Virus record (IMG/VR): IMGVR_UViG_3300032053_000085
Span: 1-58,969 of that record
DNA: 58,969 bases
DNA from: a virus
Lineage: Duplodnaviria; Caudoviricetes
Reading direction: 5' to 3' (one strand)
A program made the translations under genes and the position numbers. Under the pieces are notes generated by a model that had not been told where the DNA came from, made no database searches, and saw nothing but the letters and a program-made list of their open reading frames with translations. Positions 17,448 to 27,275 of this stretch are shown in pieces (positions within the stretch are counted from its first letter, which is position 1; every line of letters begins with the position of its first letter).

Positions 17448-20400
17448 GCGGTCCAAGCCGAGAACTTCCACCACTCGTAGTCCGTATTGATGGTGACAAT
17501 AGCGGTGCTCTTAAATCATTTAAGGGCACCATCGAGGCGGCTAAAGCTACGGCAAAAACTTTGGTCGGGGTGGTTAAAGAGTATGTCGCAGGAAGCAAGG
17601 CTGCCTTCGAGCGGGATTTTACGAATTACCGCCTACTCCAAAAAGCCAAAGAAAAGGAGACGAGGGAAAACTATCGTCGCATGAAGCAGTTGGACAAGGC
17701 TGCCAGCAAAATCGTCATTGCCGAAAACAAGAAAAGCCAAGCGGCGATACGTGACGAGCAACAAAAGACCGTTAAATTCTTCAGGACTAACGCCAAGTCA
17801 CTAAATCGGGATTCTGAGCAGAATTACGGCAGGTTGACCCCTACGTTCAAGGGCACGAAAGGTGTTAAAGCCGCTAAGGGCGGCGTCGACCTAAATGCTC
17901 TCGTGGGTAACGCTGAAAAGACTGCCAAGGCGGTCGCTAGCAAGGATGCCAAAGTCATGGCCAAGGCGGATCGTGATCGTGCCCAGTCTGTCATGGGAGC
18001 ACGTAATGCCCAACGAGCCCAGACTGCCCAGACTAATAAGGAAGCCGCTGCCGGTGTGGCTGAGAAACTTCGCAGAGACAAACAACTAGATAAATCGGCC
18101 AAGCAAAGCCGTACTGAAGAAGATCAAGCGTCACGAAAACGGATGCGACTCTGGGGCCGTGAAAAGGCCCAGGAAATCAAAAACGACAACGAGTCCATCG
18201 CACGATCGAGACGTGGCTACGTCTCGCGTCTGCGCGATTCGACGCAAGAAGCACTTCAGAATGCGAAGCATGATGAAGCTGCGATCAGGGATACCAAGAA
18301 AAAAGAAGACGCGAAGCGAAGTGGCTACGTCTCGCGTCTGCGCGATTCGACGCAAGAAGCACTTCAGAATTCCAAGAACGATTTGGCGGATATTAAATCT
18401 ACCCAAGCCGCCGCTGAGAAGAAATCCAAAACGCTGCAAGGCATCCAGGATTTCTTTAAGAGTGCCCGTAACGAACAACTGAAGGCAGGGGTAGACGACG
18501 CGCTTCAGAATGCAAAGCATGACAGTGCCGCTATCGCCTCCACAAACAGAACTACGGAAAGTCGCGCTCGCGCTGTTCAAGGCATACGAGATCACTTCGC
18601 ACGTGCGAATCGTGAGCGGCTACAGCAAATGGGCCGCGAGCTTACGCAGCAGGCCAGGAATGACGCTGCCGATATTCGCTATCGGCAATCACAAGAACGC
18701 AGGGACGCTAGGGCTGCCCGCGCCGCTAATAGAGGCGGCGGAATGGGTGGTGGCATGGGCGGACGTGCCGACCTATACATGCACTCGGCTGCCGTACAGA
18801 ACATCAGCGGTGGTATTCGCAGCATCGTTGAGCCATGGGCGCAACTAGAAAGCCATATCACAACCATTAAGGTGTTCACTGGTTCAATGGAGAAGGCTCG
18901 CGATGTTGCTGCGCAGCAGCAACAGTTCGCTTTGGTGTCTCCATACTCCTTGAATTCTGTTATGGAAGCAACCGGACTCCTAATGAAGTTCGGTCAGTCT
19001 TCCGTGGATGCGGTTGCGACCGTACAGATGTTGGGCGATGTAGCAGGCGGCAGTTCCGAGCGATTGAAGCACGTGGCTCTGGGCATCGCCCAAGCGGTCT
19101 CGCTTGGCCGACTCCAAGGCCAAGAACTTCGTCAGATGACCGAAGGCGGTTTCAATCCGCTGCGTATCGCTGCTGAGCAGGCTTCTGGAGTAGGTGTTAA
19201 GTCGTCTTACACCGACGAAGAAGAAAAGTTGATCCAACATAAGATCGCAGAGTTTGATCACTTGATGCGTTCCAGAAAGCTGGACGCTAAATTTGCTGTC
19301 GCTGCATTGAAAATGACCACCAGTAAAGGCGGTCGGCACTTTGAGGCCGTTAAGGAAGCTTCCTTAACGCCTATCGGACTCGCAACGCAGATCATGGAAT
19401 CGGTCGAACTTGTTGCAATCGAAACAGTCAAACTGTTTGATAAAGAACTAAAGGCCCTACTCCAGACTGTGCTAGATACGGTTACGGCATTCATCAAATG
19501 GATGCGGGCTAATAAGGCACTTGTAGCCCAGATAGCTATCTTAAGTGCTAAGATAATAGGAGCGTTCCTGGTATTCCACTTGCTTTCGTGGGCTATCGCC
19601 GGGGCTAGATGGGTCTTAGGAGGACTTTGGGAAGCCATGCATGTCGGATACAATGCCATCGCCGGGTTAATTGGATTCGTAGTTTGGCTGGCAGGAGCAT
19701 TCACCGCAGAGGGGGCAGCCGCCACGTCAGCGTGGCTTGCGACGTTCGGGCCGGTAGCATTGATTACAATAGCGGTAGTGGCGGCAATTGCTGCCGTGAC
19801 CGCTCTCGGATTTGCTATAGCAGTGCTAGGTAACGATAACGGCATACAGGGGGTATTCGATAACATCTATAATTTCGGCATGTTTCTGGTTGGCTTTTTC
19901 TACAACTTCGGCCATAACCTGCCGCTAACTTTCGAATTCGTTGCTGCTAATTGGCAAGTCATGGCATGGGATATGATGGAGACGATAGACAAGGCAGTCG
20001 TCGCGATGGGAAAAATTCTCTACGATTTATTTGTGGTCCAATTACCCCAAATGATAGAAGCCGGAAGTGCAATGGCCGGTGAGGCGTTACTTGGTTTAGT
20101 AGGTATGGGCAGTAAAAAAGCGAGCACGGGAGAAAGCGGCACAGCGCTGTTTGGCAACGACAGTATGGTTACTAAAATCCGGGAATCGCTTTACGGGGGG
20201 AAGCCGAAGGGTGGCTACGACACTAGCATGCTTAAGTTAGACACGCCCGACCCTACGGCATTCCTTAAACCGTACATGGGCGGTAGTGCCCTTAATGAAG
20301 CTGCTGTACCTGAGTGGCTCAAGAAATACATGAAAGAAGATGGATCGTATGATATCAATTTCGAGGATTTTGTTAAGAGCGAAGCCGATGCAGGGCCGGG

Positions 20401-20635
20401 GGGTAAGGGTAAGGGCAAGAAGGGCGCAGTCGCTACTCGCGACCACGCCCTTGTCGGAAGTAACGAACAGGCCCAACGAACCTACGACTATACCCAGGCT
20501 ATGATGGGATCAACCGGGGCAGTGACCAAGGACAATGCACCATTGAAGCAAGTTGCTCTTTTAGAGCAAATTGCGCGTAACACGCAACCTGATAACGATC
20601 GAGGCGACTCGATCGGGGACATGGATATAGACTAA
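17444..20635 (+). CDS. Tape measure protein
   Basis: 1063 aa, helical; SPYSL..GDVAGG..GRLQGQELRQM tape-measure motif; hydrophobic segments. Confidence 0.93.
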   Translation: MSGPSRELPPLVVRIDGDNSGALKSFKGTIEAAKATAKTLVGVVKEYVAGSKAAFERDFTNYRLLQKAKEKETRENYRRMKQLDKAASKIVIAENKKSQAAIRDEQQKTVKFFRTNAKSLNRDSEQNYGRLTPTFKGTKGVKAAKGGVDLNALVGNAEKTAKAVASKDAKVMAKADRDRAQSVMGARNAQRAQTAQTNKEAAAGVAEKLRRDKQLDKSAKQSRTEEDQASRKRMRLWGREKAQEIKNDNESIARSRRGYVSRLRDSTQEALQNAKHDEAAIRDTKKKEDAKRSGYVSRLRDSTQEALQNSKNDLADIKSTQAAAEKKSKTLQGIQDFFKSARNEQLKAGVDDALQNAKHDSAAIASTNRTTESRARAVQGIRDHFARANRERLQQMGRELTQQARNDAADIRYRQSQERRDARAARAANRGGGMGGGMGGRADLYMHSAAVQNISGGIRSIVEPWAQLESHITTIKVFTGSMEKARDVAAQQQQFALVSPYSLNSVMEATGLLMKFGQSSVDAVATVQMLGDVAGGSSERLKHVALGIAQAVSLGRLQGQELRQMTEGGFNPLRIAAEQASGVGVKSSYTDEEEKLIQHKIAEFDHLMRSRKLDAKFAVAALKMTTSKGGRHFEAVKEASLTPIGLATQIMESVELVAIETVKLFDKELKALLQTVLDTVTAFIKWMRANKALVAQIAILSAKIIGAFLVFHLLSWAIAGARWVLGGLWEAMHVGYNAIAGLIGFVVWLAGAFTAEGAAATSAWLATFGPVALITIAVVAAIAAVTALGFAIAVLGNDNGIQGVFDNIYNFGMFLVGFFYNFGHNLPLTFEFVAANWQVMAWDMMETIDKAVVAMGKILYDLFVVQLPQMIEAGSAMAGEALLGLVGMGSKKASTGESGTALFGNDSMVTKIRESLYGGKPKGGYDTSMLKLDTPDPTAFLKPYMGGSALNEAAVPEWLKKYMKEDGSYDINFEDFVKSEADAGPGGKGKGKKGAVATRDHALVGSNEQAQRTYDYTQAMMGSTGAVTKDNAPLKQVALLEQIARNTQPDNDRGDSIGDMDID
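18213..18370 (+). repeat. Exact 50-bp direct repeat within the tape measure gene (18213-18262, 18321-18370)
   Basis: Encodes GYVSRLRDSTQEALQN twice, 36 aa apart. Confidence 0.9.
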
Positions 20636-21591
20636 TGACAACATACCCATATCTAGTAGGGGCACATAGCCAACGATTCCGACGGGATGACGAAGGTCAC
20701 CGCTGGTACGATGTGGACTGGCACGTACAGACAGAAACCAAGCACGACAGTCTTGCTTGGATTCTGTCGAACTGGCCTTTATTCACAGTCGGGTCGCCTT
20801 TTGATTTATCCGCTGCGTGGCCCGAAATACGGGGCACTGATCCGTGGGCATTCTGCACGCCGGAGCTTAATATCTCGGCGCACCGAGGTATTAAGGAACA
20901 GTCGCCTGTACAAGACTGGATTGTTTCGCAGACATGGTCTACGAAACAAAGTGGCCGCTGCCAGCAGATTCCTATCGCGAATCCGCTGTACGAGCCGTAC
21001 GAAATGACCGGCGACTTCGTCCATGAGAACCGCGAAGCGGCAGTGGATCGCTTCGGTAAGACTTTACAGCATCCGAACTTCCAGCCTATCAAAGGCCCGG
21101 CTGTCGAATACAAATACTCGTACCCGACGATCAGCTTTTCGTTCAATTCTGGAACACTACCATTATCGACTTACGTTGAACTAATCAACCACGTGAATGA
21201 TGCCCCTCTGTGGGGGCTACCTGCACGTTGCGTCCGGTTCACGGACGCAAAGTGGGCGAGGAAGATTTACGGGGCTTGCGCCTATTACTTCAACGTCTCT
21301 TACACGTTCGAATTCGACATCAAGGGATTCGACCGTGCCGTTCCGGCTGAAGGTAGTATGAAGTTGATGGACGGTGGAAATTTCGGCGATCCGCGAGCAT
21401 TCGAGCCCGCAAAATCGGCATCGGGTGAAAATATCATCGCGCAACTGGATATGTACGGTAGGCAACTAAAAATCGATCGCTTTGACGAGACCGGGCAGCC
21501 GGTCTTCAACGCAGTCCAGTACATCCAAACACCGCAAGTCCACGAGCAGGGCAATCTATTGCTTTTGGGCGTTCCATCTAGCTTAGCGTAA
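20635..21591 (+). CDS. Tail tip/distal tail protein (putative)
   Basis: Immediately follows the tape measure gene; aromatic, beta-rich. Confidence 0.6.
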   Translation: MTTYPYLVGAHSQRFRRDDEGHRWYDVDWHVQTETKHDSLAWILSNWPLFTVGSPFDLSAAWPEIRGTDPWAFCTPELNISAHRGIKEQSPVQDWIVSQTWSTKQSGRCQQIPIANPLYEPYEMTGDFVHENREAAVDRFGKTLQHPNFQPIKGPAVEYKYSYPTISFSFNSGTLPLSTYVELINHVNDAPLWGLPARCVRFTDAKWARKIYGACAYYFNVSYTFEFDIKGFDRAVPAEGSMKLMDGGNFGDPRAFEPAKSASGENIIAQLDMYGRQLKIDRFDETGQPVFNAVQYIQTPQVHEQGNLLLLGVPSSLA

Positions 21592-21600
21592 AATCATACC

Positions 21601-22083
21601 ATGGCAAAAGAAAAACAAACACTCCAGTCAGATAAAACCGGATTCATGGGAGATCGAGCGACCATCATCGTTCGCGCTCATTACCAGGAATACGAGACAA
21701 ATGAACTAACTACGGCCCAGCACGCCTTCGACTTCGTCAACGACGCATCCGATTCGGCTTGGCAGACTTCCCAGCGGGTCAGCCCGTCTAAGGCGACACC
21801 GCTGAATATCGGGCACTTGGACCCCGGTTCCTGTATCCTAACGCTGTCCCATGAAGTGCCTAAAATGACATCTTCCGTAGATGCCATCTTGCAAAATGCA
21901 CTCAAAAGGAATACAATTAGAATAACTAATGCAGACGGTGTTCAGGTAGGAATCCTCCGACCTCGCCGGGCGATGGTTGTCGAATACGGGTTTCCCGTAT
22001 TCGTACAGTCCAGCGATGCCACTGCCCTCCTAAGTATCACAGCGTTTCCGGTCCACAACAATGAAGAAATTCCTACTGAGTGA
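21601..22083 (+). CDS. Hypothetical tail-region protein
   Basis: 160-aa ORF in the structural operon. Confidence 0.7.
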   Translation: MAKEKQTLQSDKTGFMGDRATIIVRAHYQEYETNELTTAQHAFDFVNDASDSAWQTSQRVSPSKATPLNIGHLDPGSCILTLSHEVPKMTSSVDAILQNALKRNTIRITNADGVQVGILRPRRAMVVEYGFPVFVQSSDATALLSITAFPVHNNEEIPTE

Positions 22084-25000
22084 GTCCGACCGTCGTGAGC
22101 TAGTCGCTGCATTAGCAAAACAACGTAAAGGTCCGCCGCCCCGCAATATCGCCCGCACGCCAGTATTCCCTTCGCAAGAAGGCGATACCTACTGGGTAAT
22201 CCCGCCCTGTGAGCAGGGATTACCCGCTGCCGAAATCGTCAACGGCGTCCCTACGCCTATTGGCGTACAGGCGTGCCTGTATCGCCACAACTGGGAAACC
22301 ACACAAATGGAAGCAATGGTAGGCCCTACGGGCCTACCATTGCGTGTTCCAGTATTCAATTACTTCACGCAAGCGGAAAACAAGCTTACCCAGGTCTATA
22401 AGCAGAAGGACGGGACTTGGACTAACTCCCGTCCCGAATCATACAATATCGTAGAGAGCAACGCTGCTGGTGCAAGCTCGACTGCCACGACCACGATCCC
22501 GCTACAACAGAGCACGCTTGACCCACACTGTGCCAATACATGCAAGTGGGTAGCAGATGCTCAGGGCGTCTGGCAAGGACCGACGGGAGGATGTGCCAAC
22601 GGCACATCCTCGACTTCATCTACGACCACAGGCACGACTGCTGCCCCTACGACCACCGGCAGCGGCAGTGGCGGTAGCGGTAGTTACAGTACCGCACTTC
22701 CTAATCCCCCAACGCTAGCACCTTGTATCCAAAGCCGCTGTCGCCTGATGTGCGGTAAGGTTACGGGCACTGCTACTGGGACCACAGTTACCGGAACGGG
22801 AACCACTACACCTACGCCGATGATCTACTATCGATCGACGGCGACAGGTACAGGTACAGGAACAACCGGCTGCCCTGATGGTTGTTCGTGCTATGGATTA
22901 GGCGATACGTGTTGGCTACTCGACGGTGAGCTAGTCTCGCACTGTATCGGCCCGGCTCCGACACAGGCCCCCACCACAACACTAAATCCACACGCACCCG
23001 CATGCGATCTCGCCCAGGCTATTTTCGGTACGCCTGACGATATTATCTCGCGCGCTGCCGTACACGGCGGCGTTGCAGAAACCTGGGAAGTCTGCCAAGA
23101 TTGCGATACCGGGAAGACTCCATTGTTCCCGCTAGGCGGGGAGGAATTCCGTAATTCTGACCATCCTAATCTAGTCACAGTCTACGAATCGATCTGCGTC
23201 GAATCCCCATGCTCGATAGACGTCCCGCCTGAAGTTCCAGGACGTGCTGTTTTCCTAGCTTACAGCTACGAAAAACAACTATTCCGATGGGCCGGTGCTG
23301 GTCAGTGGCTAAAGCGGCAGACGGGCCGGTTTAGGGCTAACTGGTTCTCATGCACGCCGTGTTTGGGACGCCCCGAGACTTCACCACCGCATTGGATATA
23401 CGAAAGCACGATGCTGAATGCGGCTAACGGCGTTCGGTACGACGAAGCGGCTGGTGTCTACGTGTTCGAAGTCGAATGCAAAGACGGGCTCAGTTGCACG
23501 TCTTGCGGACGTGCTCCGTACGTCACTATCCCAACAACCATCCCAGCACCGACCACAACGGGCACTGGCACCACTTCGGCACCATCCTCCACCACTTCCG
23601 GCACTGGCACAACTACCGCTACGCCTACGACCACGCCAATCCCGTGCTCGTGTGAACGTCCGACACACTGTGGCGACCCAGGCGAATGTGCTTATACCAG
23701 ATGCTCGATCGGCGGATCACTACTACCTAGAAATTCTAATCTGGCATGCTTCCCAGATTCGACTACTGCTGGCCCGTATACCACTGGTGCCGGTACGACA
23801 CTAAGTCCGAATCAGTGCATTGACAGTTACGGTACTCTCTGTAATTGCGGCGGTATACCTACGACACGTCCCGCCACGGGCGGGACGTGTCCTCCGGGAC
23901 AGGTATTGGTTCATGGGGCAACACCCTGCGATCCGCCATACTGTGTAGACGCCTCAAGTGGACCACCTGCAACAACATCGTTCCCAATACCCTGTCTAGG
24001 TTACTGTAGCTATGTTTCGCGGGTTGTTTCTTTCGGGCCGCCGGTGACGTATGTCTGGACCCTGGAAAGTAACGGTTGTTCTAGGATAAGCAACTGCTTC
24101 TGCGAAGCCCCTAATTTCGATCCGGGCGGGTGTAATCTCCGGTATGAGAACGGGTGCACGGCCAGGGCGGGTGCCACTACCCTGCCACCTTGTAGTTGTT
24201 GCAGCTTTGCTACAACAACTGCTGGTCCTCCTTGTCTATCTGGCCGTTGCCGATATGCCTCCAACGGGGCGGGCGGCTGGACTAAGACCATTGACACTTG
24301 TCCCACCGGGACACAGTGTCCGTGTGCTTCTGCTGCTAGTATCGGAAAGCCGTCAAGTAATGACTGTGATGCGTTCACACTAGCATGCGGACAAGAAGGT
24401 CCGACAACGACTCCGAGCGGGACCGGAACTACGATCCAGCCTACCGGATACGGATGCTGCGTAGAAGTGTGCATCAGTGGAAGTTGGTTGTACAACTGCC
24501 AGCCGGTCGCGACCGCAGCGGACTGTACGGCACTAGGCGGCACAGTTAGTACGAATACTAACTGTACTGATACAGGTGGCGTGTCGCAATGCGACCAGAC
24601 GAATGCCGATGGTATCTGCTGCCGATCAAACGGATTGGGCGGTTATAACTGTTCTGAGCAGGATGCCCATAGCTGCATCGTGACCGGCGGTACCTGGCGT
24701 TCAAGACGATCAGGTGCCTATTGTGATGCAAGAAGTAATTCCTGTCCACACAGCAGTTGCCTTTCCACCACTACGGGCACCACCGGAACAGGCACCACAG
24801 CCGCTCCAACAACGACAGGTGGTGCCACAACGACCGGCGGGGCGACTACCACAGCCGCTCCAACAACGACCGGCGGGGCGACTACGACCGGCGGGGCGAC
24901 TACGACCGGCGGGGCGACTACGACAGGTGGTGCCACAACGACAGCCGCTCCAACAACGACAGCCGCTCCAACAACGACAGCCGCTCCAACAACGACCGGC

Positions 25001-25084
25001 GGGGCGACTACGACAGGTGGTGCCACAACGACCGGCGGGGCGACTACGTCGGGCGGCCTAACCACCGATCCTCCTCCAGGATAA
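22061..25084 (+). CDS. Cys-rich, Thr/Pro/Gly-rich mucin-like protein (putative tail/adhesion protein)
   Basis: Many small Cys-rich modules separated by TTT/TGT linkers; C-terminal TAAPTT/TGGATT array; last gene of the tail operon. Confidence 0.75.
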   Translation: MKKFLLSESDRRELVAALAKQRKGPPPRNIARTPVFPSQEGDTYWVIPPCEQGLPAAEIVNGVPTPIGVQACLYRHNWETTQMEAMVGPTGLPLRVPVFNYFTQAENKLTQVYKQKDGTWTNSRPESYNIVESNAAGASSTATTTIPLQQSTLDPHCANTCKWVADAQGVWQGPTGGCANGTSSTSSTTTGTTAAPTTTGSGSGGSGSYSTALPNPPTLAPCIQSRCRLMCGKVTGTATGTTVTGTGTTTPTPMIYYRSTATGTGTGTTGCPDGCSCYGLGDTCWLLDGELVSHCIGPAPTQAPTTTLNPHAPACDLAQAIFGTPDDIISRAAVHGGVAETWEVCQDCDTGKTPLFPLGGEEFRNSDHPNLVTVYESICVESPCSIDVPPEVPGRAVFLAYSYEKQLFRWAGAGQWLKRQTGRFRANWFSCTPCLGRPETSPPHWIYESTMLNAANGVRYDEAAGVYVFEVECKDGLSCTSCGRAPYVTIPTTIPAPTTTGTGTTSAPSSTTSGTGTTTATPTTTPIPCSCERPTHCGDPGECAYTRCSIGGSLLPRNSNLACFPDSTTAGPYTTGAGTTLSPNQCIDSYGTLCNCGGIPTTRPATGGTCPPGQVLVHGATPCDPPYCVDASSGPPATTSFPIPCLGYCSYVSRVVSFGPPVTYVWTLESNGCSRISNCFCEAPNFDPGGCNLRYENGCTARAGATTLPPCSCCSFATTTAGPPCLSGRCRYASNGAGGWTKTIDTCPTGTQCPCASAASIGKPSSNDCDAFTLACGQEGPTTTPSGTGTTIQPTGYGCCVEVCISGSWLYNCQPVATAADCTALGGTVSTNTNCTDTGGVSQCDQTNADGICCRSNGLGGYNCSEQDAHSCIVTGGTWRSRRSGAYCDARSNSCPHSSCLSTTTGTTGTGTTAAPTTTGGATTTGGATTTAAPTTTGGATTTGGATTTGGATTTGGATTTAAPTTTAAPTTTAAPTTTGGATTTGGATTTGGATTSGGLTTDPPPG
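24797..25048 (+). repeat. Coding minisatellite, 14 x 18 nt
   Basis: A=ACAGCCGCTCCAACAACG, B=ACCGGCGGGGCGACTACG, C=ACAGGTGGTGCCACAACG; order A C B A B B B C A A A B C B. Confidence 0.93.
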
Positions 25085-25099
25085 TAATCACTAAACCAC

Positions 25100-25145
25100 T
25101 TGCACAAAAGACCTCCATCAGCTATACTAATGGAGGTCTTTTGTA
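25100..25145 (+). promoter_or_regulatory. Promoter TTGCAC-N17-TATACT with the -10 in the loop of a 15-bp inverted repeat that is also terminator-like
   Basis: ACAAAAGACCTCCAT / ATGGAGGTCTTTTGT flank CAGCTATACTA. Confidence 0.7.
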
Positions 25146-25176
25146 TCACCTACACTAATACTACGGAAATAAACGA

Positions 25177-27201
25177 ATGGTTAAATACACCATTGCCATG
25201 TCCACGTTCGATGACTACGATGGCGTGTTCTTCACGATCCAGTCGCTTCGGATGTATCATGATCTCACGGATACTGAGATTATTGTCCTGGACAATAATC
25301 CGACCGGCCCGCACAGTCAAGACCTCAAGAACTTCATCAACAACATCCAGACCCCTGAAGTCCCGATCTCCTACCACATAATGGAAGGACAGACGGGTAC
25401 GTCGGCAACTCGGCACAAGTTGTTCGAGTTAGCCACAGGCGAACTCGTAATCGTGATGGATTGCCACATTCTCCTACAGGAAGGTGCCCTGGAAAAGCTG
25501 CATCGATTCTGGGAGTCTGCCGACGAAGATATGAAGAAGAATATATTCGCCGGGCCGCTCTTGATGGATGGGTTGAATTACACAATGACCCACTTCGATT
25601 GCGTCTGGAGAGACCAGATGCTCGGAACTTGGGCAAAGGCATGGAAGAAAGACGGTGAATACTACATCGCCATGCGTAACCCGGACGATGAGAAGACTAT
25701 CTTCATTAAGGAAATCATGGGCGATAAGCCTGTGATGACCCTTAATTGTATCTGGCCTGGACACGAAGCCGCCCTAGAACGTATGGGATTCGAGGGTGCT
25801 GGCATGAACGGCGATGACGTGCCGTTTGAAATCCCAGGCCAGGGCCTAGGATTGTTCATGGCTGCCAAGGAACACTGGCTAGGCTTCCACCCCGACCATA
25901 AGCACTTTGGCGGGGAGGAATGCTACATTCATGCCAAGTATCGACAAGCAGGTCGCAAGGCTCTCTGCTTGCCTTGGATGGTCTGGAATCACCGATTTGG
26001 TCGCCCAGGCGGACCTAAGTATCCTATTACCCGCGAAGGTAAGATGCGGAACTACGTCCTTGAGTTCCTGGAACTCGGCTGGGACTTAGAGCCTATTCGC
26101 CATCACTTCATCGACGAAGTTGGCTTGCCAGCTTCGGCGTGGGAGGCTGTAGTAGCCGATCCTGTAAACTTTGACCCCTATTTCGGGTGGTCACCAAATA
26201 CTGCCCCAAGCAAGATGGTCCCAGATGCCGTATCGAATCTTGGTATGTGGCTGCCTGTAGGACATGACGACTTGCTCGGCATGGCCGTAGCTACGGGAGC
26301 ACACGCACGTGATTTGAATCCACACTTTACGGTATTCATGGAACATGCTCAGAAGTCTCGATCGGTTCTGGAGATCAGTAAACGCCGCGAGACCACTTTA
26401 TGGCTCGCAGCGGGCCTAGCCCAGAGCCGTTGCAAGGGGTGTAAAAGTTCGGAGACATGCGACCGCGAAGGCTGTAGTATGCCCCGAATGGTCTCTTTCC
26501 AGATGGAAAGAGACACGTTAATTGACGTAGTAGCCGATCTGGCGAAAGACACGATCGACTTCGAAGATACGACGTATACGTCGTACGACGATCCGTTGTT
26601 CATGGGGGAAGATCGTTTCGATCTTCTCTACATCCACCACAAGCATACCTTCACTATGCTCAACAGCCAGCTTACTACGTTAGGTAGGCTGACTGACAAA
26701 TATATCCTCTTGACTGGAACAGCCCGTGGTGCCAACGGCATTAAGGGCGAAGATGAGTCTGTGCCTGGACTACTCCACGCAGTGCGTATGTTTGTTAAGA
26801 ACAATCCTGAGTGGTTTGTAAAGTCGCACACGGAGAATGCCTACGGCATGACTGTGTTGTCGCGAGTAGAGGAAGATCGGCCAGAAGTCGAAATCAAGCC
26901 GTGGCCACCAACTAACGACAAGGGCGAGGTATGTGGTGTCGGGCAAGAGATCAAGAAACTCCTGTCTATGCTGGGTATCGAATCCTCTGCCAACTGTGCT
27001 TGCAACGGCGAAGCGTTGCGGCTAGACGGCGAGGGGCCGGATTACTGTGTTGAGAATATCGAATCGATCGTCGATTGGATGCATACGCAAGCAGTCCAAA
27101 GACAGCTTGAGAAGTTCTTCTTCCGGCCTGCGGTACGGGCAACAGTCCATATAGCTATCCGGCGAGCCCGGAAAGCTATAGCAAAAAAGACTTGCTGGTA
27201 A
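25177..27201 (+). CDS. GT2-family glycosyltransferase fused to a degenerate class I methyltransferase-like domain and a Cys-containing C-terminal domain
   Basis: TIAMSTFDD, EIIVLDN, VMDCH, FGGEE; then VLEI..DLLYIH.H..KYILL..GL..AV..F...NPEW...GMTVL.R; then G.EIKKLL..LGI...CAC. Confidence 0.85.
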   Translation: MVKYTIAMSTFDDYDGVFFTIQSLRMYHDLTDTEIIVLDNNPTGPHSQDLKNFINNIQTPEVPISYHIMEGQTGTSATRHKLFELATGELVIVMDCHILLQEGALEKLHRFWESADEDMKKNIFAGPLLMDGLNYTMTHFDCVWRDQMLGTWAKAWKKDGEYYIAMRNPDDEKTIFIKEIMGDKPVMTLNCIWPGHEAALERMGFEGAGMNGDDVPFEIPGQGLGLFMAAKEHWLGFHPDHKHFGGEECYIHAKYRQAGRKALCLPWMVWNHRFGRPGGPKYPITREGKMRNYVLEFLELGWDLEPIRHHFIDEVGLPASAWEAVVADPVNFDPYFGWSPNTAPSKMVPDAVSNLGMWLPVGHDDLLGMAVATGAHARDLNPHFTVFMEHAQKSRSVLEISKRRETTLWLAAGLAQSRCKGCKSSETCDREGCSMPRMVSFQMERDTLIDVVADLAKDTIDFEDTTYTSYDDPLFMGEDRFDLLYIHHKHTFTMLNSQLTTLGRLTDKYILLTGTARGANGIKGEDESVPGLLHAVRMFVKNNPEWFVKSHTENAYGMTVLSRVEEDRPEVEIKPWPPTNDKGEVCGVGQEIKKLLSMLGIESSANCACNGEALRLDGEGPDYCVENIESIVDWMHTQAVQRQLEKFFFRPAVRATVHIAIRRARKAIAKKTCW

Positions 27202-27258
27202 GCAAGTCTTTAGTAGGTGATGCAAACACCCCCGGCACTAGCCGGGGGTGTTTTGTTT
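27186..27258. terminator. Tandem hairpins / terminator at the junction of the convergent operons
   Basis: 11-bp stem 27186-27211 and 13-bp stem AAACACCCCCGGC/GCCGGGGGTGTTT 27224-27253. Confidence 0.85.
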
Positions 27259-27275
27259 GGGTGCCGTAATCGGAG

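Noticed and set aside
24797-25048. Possible CRISPR array
   Set aside because: Units are contiguous with no unique spacers, are in frame in a CDS, and there are no cas genes
24714-25158. Repetitive ORFs 24714..25061, 24718..25149 and 24757..25158 (RGDY-like repeats)
   Set aside because: Alternative-frame shadows of the 18-nt minisatellite in the mucin-like gene
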